DNA of 64,000 bases from a virus. This document shows, piece after piece, positions 47,696-57,045 of this stretch; the stretch's first letter is position 1; every line of letters starts with the position of its first letter. Made by a program: the position numbers and the translations under genes. The DNA is taken from IMG/VR virus record IMGVR_UViG_3300032296_003714, positions 43,330 through 107,329 of that record; one strand, 5' to 3'. The notes below the pieces were generated by a model. It was given only the letters and a program-made list of their open reading frames with translations. It searched no databases and had not been told where the DNA came from.

Positions 47696-50600
47696 ATGGG
47701 TCAAAGCCTGAGAATTAGAAGTAAGCTTGGAATTAATCAAACATTAAACGTACCTCTTGACCAAGAATATGAATTTTTGGAGATTTTATCTTTAAAAATT
47801 CTACAGGCAGACATATATACTCGTTCATGTGCAGAATATGGCGTTATTGTTGGTAGGGTAACTGCAAACAATGGATTTGGAGTACCTAACGCAAAAGTTT
47901 CAGTTTTTATACCAATTCAGAATGAAGATTTAGATAATCCATTAATTACAAGTGTATATCCGTATACGGTACCTACAGATAAGAATGAGGACGGATATAG
48001 ATATAACTTGTTACCATATGAGAAATCATATTCTAAACATGCGGCGACAGGAACTTTCCCAACAAGATTAGATGCGTTAACAGATTCAACGGTAATAGAA
48101 CTTGTTGACAAGTATTATAAATTTACTGTCAAAACAAATGATAGTGGTGACTATATGATAATGGGAGTACCTACAGGGTTTCAAACTCTTGTTATGGATG
48201 TAGACCTTTCAGATATAGGTGAGTTCTCACTTACACCACAAGATTTGATAAGGATGGGTTTAGCTACAGAATCACAAGTTGCGGGTAATAAATTCAAAAG
48301 CTCACAAGATTTAGAATCACTTCCTCAAATTATCAGTATAACAAAAACTGTTGAAGTATCTCCATTGTGGGGAGAGCCAGATATATGTCAAATTGCTATC
48401 AACAGAGTTGATTTTGATTTAAGAGACGATGCGAATGTTGATATACAACCAACAGCTGTTTTCATTGGGTCAATGTTTTCAACTGCAGAAAATTTAAGAC
48501 TTAGAAAAAATTGCAAACCAAGAGATAATATGGGAAACCTTTGTAACTTAGTTGCAGGACCTGGACAAATTCTAGCGATAAGACAGACAATTAATCAAGA
48601 TAGTGAGGGTAATCCAATATTAGAGCAATATGAATTAGAACAATCGGGTAATGTAATTGATGAAGATGGTACATGGTTAGTAGAATTACCTATGAATTTG
48701 GATTACATTATAACAAATGAGTTCGGTGAAAGAGTTATATCACCTGACTCTAGCGTTGGTATACCATCAAAAGGAAATTATAGATTTAAGATAAAGTGGC
48801 AACAACCTAAAGATTTAACACAACAAACAAGGAGAGCATATTTTCTTGTTCCGAATGTTAGGGAATTCGGATGGACTTCAAACTCAGACCCTAATTATCT
48901 ACCAACAACTTCATTACAGGGAAAACAGTTGGCTAGTTCATATTATTTTGGATTAGATTGGAGTGGTTATACTGATGGACTAACAACCATATCAGATAAA
49001 AATGCTAAGATAGATGAGATAGTTAAATGTGAAGACACATTTTATTCTTTTGGTTTTAATAAAGTGTATACGGTTTCGGGATTAATTGATGAATATAAAA
49101 ATGGTTTAACTAGAGGGAGATTTATAGGGATAAAAGAAATTGATGATAATGATTGCTCGTCCACAGTAAATAAATTTCCTGTAAACGACGGAGTGAGAAA
49201 TTTCGATTCAATATTTTTTGTTGTGTCTATTTTATTACAAATAATTCAATTAATCGGAGTTCCAATATTAATTGTTCTTCACTTTGTTGCTTGGATATGG
49301 AATAACATATTGGTACCATACAAACTATTATTTACGCTTCTAATGTCATTTCAAGTTGGATGGTATTTATTTGGTTTTTTTTCTAAGTTTATCAGGGCAA
49401 AGGCAATGGCTATTGCGTCAATACTTAATCCTGCTCTTACCGCCGAAGCTGCTGGTTTAGAAACTGCCGCTTGGCAAGACTTGGCAAATTCTGGAAAATG
49501 GGCATTAACTCTTGGACTATTTGAATCTGCAATGAGGGCTACGAAAAAGAGAAACTTTCCACCAATTAAATTAACTAGTATAACCTATCCTAATTGTCAA
49601 ACTTGTCAATGTTCTGGATTTGATTCAAACTCTGAGTTTGGATTAAACGCTGGAGGAGGTACTTTAACAAATTTTGATAATAATGCTGATTATTTGGATA
49701 ATATATCAACAAAAACCGTAATTAGTACATATAATTCTGATGATATCGAAATAGCGACAATTGCGTTTTCTCAAGCAGTTGGGACAAGAACTGACGGTAT
49801 TACTGACAGAACAGTGTATAAAACAATGGAATCACAAGAATTTGTTTATGGAAGTAATACAAATAAGTTTTTTAATTACTCTTTAGATTTACCTTTTGCA
49901 GAAAGAATTAATGTATTTAACCTAAGAAAAAAATATTTTGACGGAGTTAATAAAATAAGTGTAACATTTAATTCGCCTGATAATTCTGTAAATCACTTTG
50001 ATAATACAATAACAATAATATCTAAAACTCCTTTTGAAACAGGAACATTATTTACTTTTGTTGACCCGGCAACAACACAAGATGTTAATTATAGAAATTT
50101 GGGTATAAGTGGAATAACTTTAAACGCCGGACCATCCACATACAATGTTGAATATGCAATTTCTCAAACAACAAATGGCACGGTTTCTTATATCCTTAAT
50201 ACCGGTTCAACGGTTTCTAATTATAAATTTCCATCTGATGTGGAATATTATCAGGTTTTAACTGCAATGACAATATCTGATGCATCCAAAATATGGGAAA
50301 ATACCAATGAATCTTTATTACCTGGATTACTTAATTCCTCAACGGTTGTTAGATATAACGAAAGAACTGATTTTTTATCAGGTTGGGGGTCTGTCAAACA
50401 ATATCCTTCATATAAAATAAGAGAATTATTTGCAGATTTTGATAATCAATATATTTTGATATTACAAAGAGGGGTTGACCCATACTCACCAACTTATACA
50501 AACAAATATGGTATTGGAAAACTTTTAGGATTTCCTACCGAAGATTCTGTTATTATAACAGGAAATACAAGATTGAATATCCCAATTCAAAAATTGACAA

Positions 50601-52537
50601 ATACAAGTGCTTCAGTCCAACTATTTAATAATCAAAATAATATTTTTTACCCTTCTCACTTTTTTAGGGCTGGAGATGATTTTTCTGCTTTTACAACTAA
50701 CAGAGTAGGTTATTATGGTGGATTAGATGCGACAAACACAGTTATTACATATTCTTTTTCTTTAAACACACCAACAATAAATTCAGTAAGAACCACAGTT
50801 TCCTCTTCTAGTAATGGGGCTTTTGATGTTTTTAGTAATCAAGCAAGATATGATTTATCTGAAGATTTATCTGGAGGTGGTTATTATTATGTAAATGCTG
50901 GTAATAAGCCAAGCAACACAACAATATTCTACTACACATCTACATTACTACCAAGTTTAACGGCTAACCCAATGAATATTTCTTCAAAAGTTAATAATGT
51001 TCTAAGAACAGATAGATTACCATCATCAGATTATTTGGATGGTAGCTCATGGAATTATAATCCAAGTTTATTACAACAAAATATAGGTTTCACATTTTAT
51101 GAAATTAATACCGAAAGTGATACCATTACAGTTCAGGGGTACGGTAGCGGTGCTGATATTGTTCCACCTGATATTAGTGGATTAACCGCTAGTCAAAATG
51201 TATTTAATACTTTCGAATGTGAAAATATGGTTAGCCTAAGTTGTTATAGCGGTAATAGTACAAGTTTTGGTGTAAAGAAAGGTTGTTCTGATGAAGATTC
51301 AGTAGAAAACGGATGTTATGTTTTAATGAAAAAACCTCTTACCGATTTGTTTAATGGTAAAGATTTGAAGACTTGGAGTGAATGGGGTTATAGATTCAGG
51401 TTTTTTTATGGGTTATGTAGAGGAGTACTCTCACAAACTTTTGTGAATAACTGGGTTAACGGAACATTATATGCTTATCCAATACAGGTAGATACATACT
51501 ATAATAAACAAAACAAACCAACAACACCTATCTTCTGTAAAGACACCATATATTTTGACAGTAAGACAAATAATTTTTATTACAGAAGTAGTCCATATAA
51601 TAATACATCAGACAAGTTTATAGGAAAAAGTGTCTCAACACAAGCGAGACCTATAAATCAACGATTGTTACAATACCCAACCACAATAATGAATTTAGGA
51701 TGGAAAGATTCTTTTTATTCTGAAATAAGTTTTGACCCAAGCACAAGGGGTTATGTGGTTAATCAACTGAACCCAACAAGTTATTCAGATACATCTGATT
51801 TGGTGAATTTGTTTGTTATCTCAAGAATAACTGATGAAAACTTTATACAGAGATTAACATCAGGATTTAATCCTGATAATTCATTGAATCAATTATTTTC
51901 AAGACCCGAAAGAAGAATTGATGGTGATTTAGCTCAATTAATGTCAATAAATTCAGAAGAAGGTGTTATAAAATTCTCACCCGAATATTATTCTTTGACT
52001 GGGTCTCAGTATGAGCCAGTTATTATTGATAACCCTATTTCAGGGAATCCAACAATCGGAGTTTTCTTTTCTTCAACTACAGAAAATTTACAATTCAAAG
52101 ATTTCTTGTCACCAGGTAGAATTGATTTCAGAGCAACACCAACAGAGAATTTTAAACCATTTAGCTATGGTATCAAATCACAAGAAGTACCTTACTATAA
52201 ATGGGGATTAGAAAGTTCTCAAACAATATTTGGTACCGAACGTAATAACTGGGTAACAAGCCAGGCTCAAATTGGACAATCAAGATATCAGTCTTTGGAC
52301 CGAACAACCGCAACATATTATCAAGGAGATGGAATTGTTAACGACCAAAATAAAAGAGGTTATATTTTTAAAGTAAGTAATGATTCAACTTTGGTTGCTG
52401 GAACACAATATGATAAAGTTAGAGCAAATGAAAATAGTGTATTCTTAGTTGGCGCACCATTTCATTTTTATTTCGGACTAACACAAGGCGCAACCGCACT
52501 AAATAAATTTAAAACAAAGTATGCTTTAGATGAGTAA
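47696..52537 (+). CDS. large virion/baseplate-associated protein with an internal hydrophobic (TM-like) segment
   Basis: N-terminal GRVTANNGFGVPNAKVSVF (carboxypeptidase-regulatory-like fold); hydrophobic run near 49200-49530; follows gp6. Confidence 0.55.
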   Translation: MGQSLRIRSKLGINQTLNVPLDQEYEFLEILSLKILQADIYTRSCAEYGVIVGRVTANNGFGVPNAKVSVFIPIQNEDLDNPLITSVYPYTVPTDKNEDGYRYNLLPYEKSYSKHAATGTFPTRLDALTDSTVIELVDKYYKFTVKTNDSGDYMIMGVPTGFQTLVMDVDLSDIGEFSLTPQDLIRMGLATESQVAGNKFKSSQDLESLPQIISITKTVEVSPLWGEPDICQIAINRVDFDLRDDANVDIQPTAVFIGSMFSTAENLRLRKNCKPRDNMGNLCNLVAGPGQILAIRQTINQDSEGNPILEQYELEQSGNVIDEDGTWLVELPMNLDYIITNEFGERVISPDSSVGIPSKGNYRFKIKWQQPKDLTQQTRRAYFLVPNVREFGWTSNSDPNYLPTTSLQGKQLASSYYFGLDWSGYTDGLTTISDKNAKIDEIVKCEDTFYSFGFNKVYTVSGLIDEYKNGLTRGRFIGIKEIDDNDCSSTVNKFPVNDGVRNFDSIFFVVSILLQIIQLIGVPILIVLHFVAWIWNNILVPYKLLFTLLMSFQVGWYLFGFFSKFIRAKAMAIASILNPALTAEAAGLETAAWQDLANSGKWALTLGLFESAMRATKKRNFPPIKLTSITYPNCQTCQCSGFDSNSEFGLNAGGGTLTNFDNNADYLDNISTKTVISTYNSDDIEIATIAFSQAVGTRTDGITDRTVYKTMESQEFVYGSNTNKFFNYSLDLPFAERINVFNLRKKYFDGVNKISVTFNSPDNSVNHFDNTITIISKTPFETGTLFTFVDPATTQDVNYRNLGISGITLNAGPSTYNVEYAISQTTNGTVSYILNTGSTVSNYKFPSDVEYYQVLTAMTISDASKIWENTNESLLPGLLNSSTVVRYNERTDFLSGWGSVKQYPSYKIRELFADFDNQYILILQRGVDPYSPTYTNKYGIGKLLGFPTEDSVIITGNTRLNIPIQKLTNTSASVQLFNNQNNIFYPSHFFRAGDDFSAFTTNRVGYYGGLDATNTVITYSFSLNTPTINSVRTTVSSSSNGAFDVFSNQARYDLSEDLSGGGYYYVNAGNKPSNTTIFYYTSTLLPSLTANPMNISSKVNNVLRTDRLPSSDYLDGSSWNYNPSLLQQNIGFTFYEINTESDTITVQGYGSGADIVPPDISGLTASQNVFNTFECENMVSLSCYSGNSTSFGVKKGCSDEDSVENGCYVLMKKPLTDLFNGKDLKTWSEWGYRFRFFYGLCRGVLSQTFVNNWVNGTLYAYPIQVDTYYNKQNKPTTPIFCKDTIYFDSKTNNFYYRSSPYNNTSDKFIGKSVSTQARPINQRLLQYPTTIMNLGWKDSFYSEISFDPSTRGYVVNQLNPTSYSDTSDLVNLFVISRITDENFIQRLTSGFNPDNSLNQLFSRPERRIDGDLAQLMSINSEEGVIKFSPEYYSLTGSQYEPVIIDNPISGNPTIGVFFSSTTENLQFKDFLSPGRIDFRATPTENFKPFSYGIKSQEVPYYKWGLESSQTIFGTERNNWVTSQAQIGQSRYQSLDRTTATYYQGDGIVNDQNKRGYIFKVSNDSTLVAGTQYDKVRANENSVFLVGAPFHFYFGLTQGATALNKFKTKYALDE

Positions 52538-54248
52538 CTTATATTCAATCATACCAAGCGTACAACAATATAAGTCGGCACCTGCTGATGACCAGCAGTT
52601 GTCTGTTGTTTTGGAAGAACAAAGTCAAAATCTTGTTGAGTATGATAGAAGTACGACCGTTAGCCTTGCCCAAGTTTATGATGACGAAAGACAAGAATCT
52701 ACAGTATTCAGACCAACATTTAAAGTAAGTTATTTGTACTCAAATGTTTTTACGGGAACAACAAATTATTTACCATTCCAATATAATTTATTTTATGTCG
52801 ACCCTGAGGGTTCGTTATTTAATAATACATGGAAAGGTTATCCGCAATATTATGAATTTGATTTTTTTAGAAACGATGTTGATGATGGGCATATTAATTA
52901 TTACGCGAAAAGTGCTTACACATATAATTGGACATACAACATAACATATGCATATGATAATGATTACAAAAAACAAATGTTTGCAGTGTTAAACAACAAT
53001 TCATTTAACTGGATTGCTGAAGATGGTATACCTTTTATAATTAAAAAAAGTACTGAAAACGGCAGCGGTATCATATCATTTGAATGTATTTGTCCACATG
53101 GTTTAACTGTCGGAGAATCTGTTGAATTATTAATCAATGGAGTTGTTTACAATTATAGACAACAAAGCTTATTTGAAGTGTATTCGTTAGGCAACGGATT
53201 ATTTGATAGTGATTTATATATCTTTAATATATATGATATAGGATTTACCGGAACAACTCTAAATGATAATGTAAAAGGTACCTTCAAAAGAGTTACCAAT
53301 TCCGATAATCCATTAGAAACAAAGTCAAAGTATTATGTTAGAAGGCACAAAGTACTTCAAGATGTTAATAATATAATAGTAACAAAGGCGGGTTTTGAAA
53401 AATTGCCATTTGGGGAAGAAAGAAAATTAGAATTAAGTTCTATAACACCAAATCAAGTAACTAGGATTTCTCAAAAAACAAGTTCTAATGTTTATACATT
53501 TACTCCTAAGAGAGATATTGATTTAGGTAAACTTATCGATAATCAAAAAAGACCTGTAACTGAATTATTTTTAACTATTATAAATCGAGGATATTCAGGG
53601 TATTTCAATAAACCAACTAATGGAGTTGGATTAAAACAAGGATGGTTATTCAATATAACTAATTTTAATAATTCTTGGTGGAGTGATAATAACACTGTTT
53701 CCAACTCAAACATAGGTGTGAGCTCTTATACACAAACTAATGGTGCAACAAAGACATTTTATTACAACCAATCTTTAAAAATTGGAGATATAATAGATGG
53801 TGATTTTTGTGAATGGAATGATTATGCACAAGTTGAAAGAGTTGTTTCACCATATTATCATAAGATAAGATACAATCAGGATGTGTTTCAAACGGTGTCT
53901 TCACCAAGTTCAAATACTGCCGGTTATTACTATAACCCCCACACATCAATTACAGTACAAGTTTTTTCTGATTATATTGAAACTGCAGATACGGACCAAG
54001 TAGATAACATACCAACATATGCTTATTACTCAAACACTGACCAACAATTTAGGTGGAGAGATTTATATACATATGGGTTCTTTGACCAAGAAGGTAGAGG
54101 AGTGGATTATCCATTCTTCAACAAAACACACTATCCATATAAAAATACGATATTTAGATTAACTCCTGATGATAAAGGATTTAACATAAACGATACAATT
54201 AAAGGAACCGATGTTCCAGTGAAACCACTTGTAGATGGATGTGAATAA
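52530..54248 (+). CDS. putative virion structural protein
   Basis: 572 aa, overlapping and coupled within the baseplate operon. Confidence 0.55.
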   Translation: MSNLYSIIPSVQQYKSAPADDQQLSVVLEEQSQNLVEYDRSTTVSLAQVYDDERQESTVFRPTFKVSYLYSNVFTGTTNYLPFQYNLFYVDPEGSLFNNTWKGYPQYYEFDFFRNDVDDGHINYYAKSAYTYNWTYNITYAYDNDYKKQMFAVLNNNSFNWIAEDGIPFIIKKSTENGSGIISFECICPHGLTVGESVELLINGVVYNYRQQSLFEVYSLGNGLFDSDLYIFNIYDIGFTGTTLNDNVKGTFKRVTNSDNPLETKSKYYVRRHKVLQDVNNIIVTKAGFEKLPFGEERKLELSSITPNQVTRISQKTSSNVYTFTPKRDIDLGKLIDNQKRPVTELFLTIINRGYSGYFNKPTNGVGLKQGWLFNITNFNNSWWSDNNTVSNSNIGVSSYTQTNGATKTFYYNQSLKIGDIIDGDFCEWNDYAQVERVVSPYYHKIRYNQDVFQTVSSPSSNTAGYYYNPHTSITVQVFSDYIETADTDQVDNIPTYAYYSNTDQQFRWRDLYTYGFFDQEGRGVDYPFFNKTHYPYKNTIFRLTPDDKGFNINDTIKGTDVPVKPLVDGCE

Positions 54249-55032
54249 ATTTGTATTAAGACAAGGGTTCTTTACTGATAAAGAACTGACAATTCCTATT
54301 GAGGCTAAATGGGACTATGAGGGTATTGATGACGCTATTGACCAATACGAAGAAAATGCTATTGCTGAAGTTTTAGGTAAGGGTTATGACTTTGAGGTAG
54401 ATAGATTCCCACATGCTCAACACAGTGGTAGTAGTAGAACAGATATAAATTATGAGTTTTATTTTTTCTCAGGAGGAAGTCTATCAGCATCCTCTGAATG
54501 GAGAAATTCTTATATAAGTGAATCATTCACGGTCCAAGATGTTTTTTATTATTCAAACAGTTTTACCAAATCCTTTTTCAAACTTGATTTCTACGACACT
54601 GTGGATGAGAAAAATCAGAAGAATTATTTTACGGTAATAATACCAACACAACAGGGTGAGTTTATGGATATTAACATGGCGAGAACCCCTGTTAAAATAA
54701 GGAAACCAAAATTCAAGTTAGATTATATTGGAGATAAAGAAGGTTTCTTTATTTATTGGTTAAAGAGTTTGGAGTTTATTCCCTTGAATACTTTTTATAT
54801 GACTGCCAAGTTTTATAATGCAAAAACAGGGGCTTTTACAAAGATGTTAAATAAACCACAATCAACAATAAACAACAACAATAAATTCATATTCGATAAT
54901 ATAAATTATTTTTATTATAGAGTGGTGTTAGATTATGTGAATGTTCAATATACAGTCTATGACTTACAGGGTAATAGAGTGGGTACAACAAGTACCATAA
55001 AATGGTATGAATATGTTAATCCACCGCAATAA
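54235..55032 (+). CDS. putative virion structural protein
   Basis: 265 aa, aromatic-rich, overlapping within the operon. Confidence 0.55.
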   Translation: MDVNKFVLRQGFFTDKELTIPIEAKWDYEGIDDAIDQYEENAIAEVLGKGYDFEVDRFPHAQHSGSSRTDINYEFYFFSGGSLSASSEWRNSYISESFTVQDVFYYSNSFTKSFFKLDFYDTVDEKNQKNYFTVIIPTQQGEFMDINMARTPVKIRKPKFKLDYIGDKEGFFIYWLKSLEFIPLNTFYMTAKFYNAKTGAFTKMLNKPQSTINNNNKFIFDNINYFYYRVVLDYVNVQYTVYDLQGNRVGTTSTIKWYEYVNPPQ

Positions 55033-56111
55033 TGAGCGACATATATAAAATAAGAATATCGCCAGAAACCATAGTGGGTGATTTGTCCTATGTTACTTAT
55101 AGTGGACAAACCTTTGGGGTTTATTCTGCAATGACACAAGTTGTTAGTGCTGGACCTAATGGTAGTTCTACACTTACAGGATTAACAATCCCTATACTAT
55201 TAAATCAGACATCATATGACGCGGGTTATTATAGTCCATTTGATGGTGCAATATACCAAAAGGATGTCGTAACTAATTTTTTAGTTTCGGCTAATACAGT
55301 AAATCCGTACACATTTAACTTATATAATACATCAGAACAGTATCAGAAATTTATTGAGTTATCATCATACAGTGTTGATTGGGGTGATGGAACAAAACAG
55401 TTAGTTACTGCTTTCACACCTAACTATATATCACACACTTACCCAACCGCAAATCAAGAATATACCATAACATTATCACAGATTAATCCTTGGGGTAAAG
55501 TGATAGTACAAAAACCAATACGAACTCCATTTAAAACACCTGTAATATATAATCCAAAGGGTAGAGTATTTTTCCAATCTAATGTTGGTAGTTGGTCGGC
55601 AACTCCTGTTAGTTATGATTATATATTCTCAGGAGACCAGTATAATCAAGTTTCGTCACAAATATCATCAAACTTTGTGACAGTACCTTATATGGTTTCA
55701 GGTGAAACTAAATCAAGAATAACTGAGCTGTTTCAGTACGGACCTGTCCCATATAAGATAGGGGTTCCTGTTATTAAAAACCAACAAATTTTTGGAGTGG
55801 TAAATTCTATGACTCCAATATTCACAGCATATACAATACAAAACATAGACTATTACGATTATAAGGGAGGTCTGACAATATTTTTTATTGAATCTTCAGG
55901 GTTCACACAAGAAAATCTTACAGCGGTTCCGATTACAAAAGATGAACTTCTTTTAAAAATAACTGACCAAGGACAGATACAAACGGATGTTTTTGTGGAA
56001 AGAGGAAAGAATAGTGCGTTTGAAAGAATACAAAGATTGGGTGAGGTAGATAACCTTGGAGATTTAATTAATTACGGATACGGATTTTTTAATGTTGAAA
56101 AAAAGACATAA
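55032..56111 (+). CDS. putative virion structural protein with a PKD-like motif
   Basis: VDWGDGT...SHTYP PKD-like motif; TAATG coupling. Confidence 0.55.
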   Translation: MSDIYKIRISPETIVGDLSYVTYSGQTFGVYSAMTQVVSAGPNGSSTLTGLTIPILLNQTSYDAGYYSPFDGAIYQKDVVTNFLVSANTVNPYTFNLYNTSEQYQKFIELSSYSVDWGDGTKQLVTAFTPNYISHTYPTANQEYTITLSQINPWGKVIVQKPIRTPFKTPVIYNPKGRVFFQSNVGSWSATPVSYDYIFSGDQYNQVSSQISSNFVTVPYMVSGETKSRITELFQYGPVPYKIGVPVIKNQQIFGVVNSMTPIFTAYTIQNIDYYDYKGGLTIFFIESSGFTQENLTAVPITKDELLLKITDQGQIQTDVFVERGKNSAFERIQRLGEVDNLGDLINYGYGFFNVEKKT

Positions 56112-56136
56112 ACTATTTATAGAAATAATATAAATT

Positions 56137-57045
56137 ATGGCAATTGGAACATACGGTACGGTAAGACCAAGTGATGTATCTCCCGAAGATGTGGAGATAA
56201 TCCTAAACTATACCCCATCGAGAGATGTGACTACAGAATTTGTACTTAAAAAGTTAAGTGCGACAACATTATTGAGACCATACTTTAACAATGATTCGAC
56301 AGGTGGAAACTCCGGTGTTGAGGTTTTGGGTGGCCTTTATAATTTAACATTACCTGCGGAAGAGTTTAATGCTTTGGGGTTTTATACATTATACCTAAGA
56401 CCGGCACAGATAAGAACAAGTATCACAGATTGTGGTGTTTTAAGTGCATTGCCTAATGTGAAAGGTATTGTTATTGATTTAGCGAATGTACCAACTAACG
56501 CAATAAATAAATTTGTACCACAAGGTTTAGTTGGATATAGAATAGAATATCTAAATCCTGATGGTTCTAAGATACCAAACTTTTTTAGAATTGTGACATC
56601 TTGTTTCTATTGTGAACCTGTGTTAACAAATCAAACAAATACAAATCAAAAGTCTATCAGATATAGATATGTTGACGGACAATCAAACTTATTGTTTTTG
56701 ACTGTATCACCTTCATCATCACCAACGAACAAACCAAACGCAACTCCTTTCATTGGACAACCTGACCAAGATATTATTATAACAAACACATTCTTCAATC
56801 CAGTTACTATCGATATTGAAATGGTTGAATACGACATATCATCACTTGCAATTGCATTGTATGGTAATCAAACTAAGTCTATTGATGATGGTATCTATAC
56901 AATTTACGATTCTAATAATAACATCTACAGACAATACAACTTATACGAAATAAGAAATCAGTTTAATGAACTTCTGTATGAAGTTAGACAGAACAGAGGA
57001 AATGACATTGATTTCAGTAAAAACTTTAACACTATAATAACCTAA
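56137..57045 (+). CDS. putative virion structural protein
   Basis: 302 aa, preceded by TATTTAT. Confidence 0.55.
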   Translation: MAIGTYGTVRPSDVSPEDVEIILNYTPSRDVTTEFVLKKLSATTLLRPYFNNDSTGGNSGVEVLGGLYNLTLPAEEFNALGFYTLYLRPAQIRTSITDCGVLSALPNVKGIVIDLANVPTNAINKFVPQGLVGYRIEYLNPDGSKIPNFFRIVTSCFYCEPVLTNQTNTNQKSIRYRYVDGQSNLLFLTVSPSSSPTNKPNATPFIGQPDQDIIITNTFFNPVTIDIEMVEYDISSLAIALYGNQTKSIDDGIYTIYDSNNNIYRQYNLYEIRNQFNELLYEVRQNRGNDIDFSKNFNTIIT

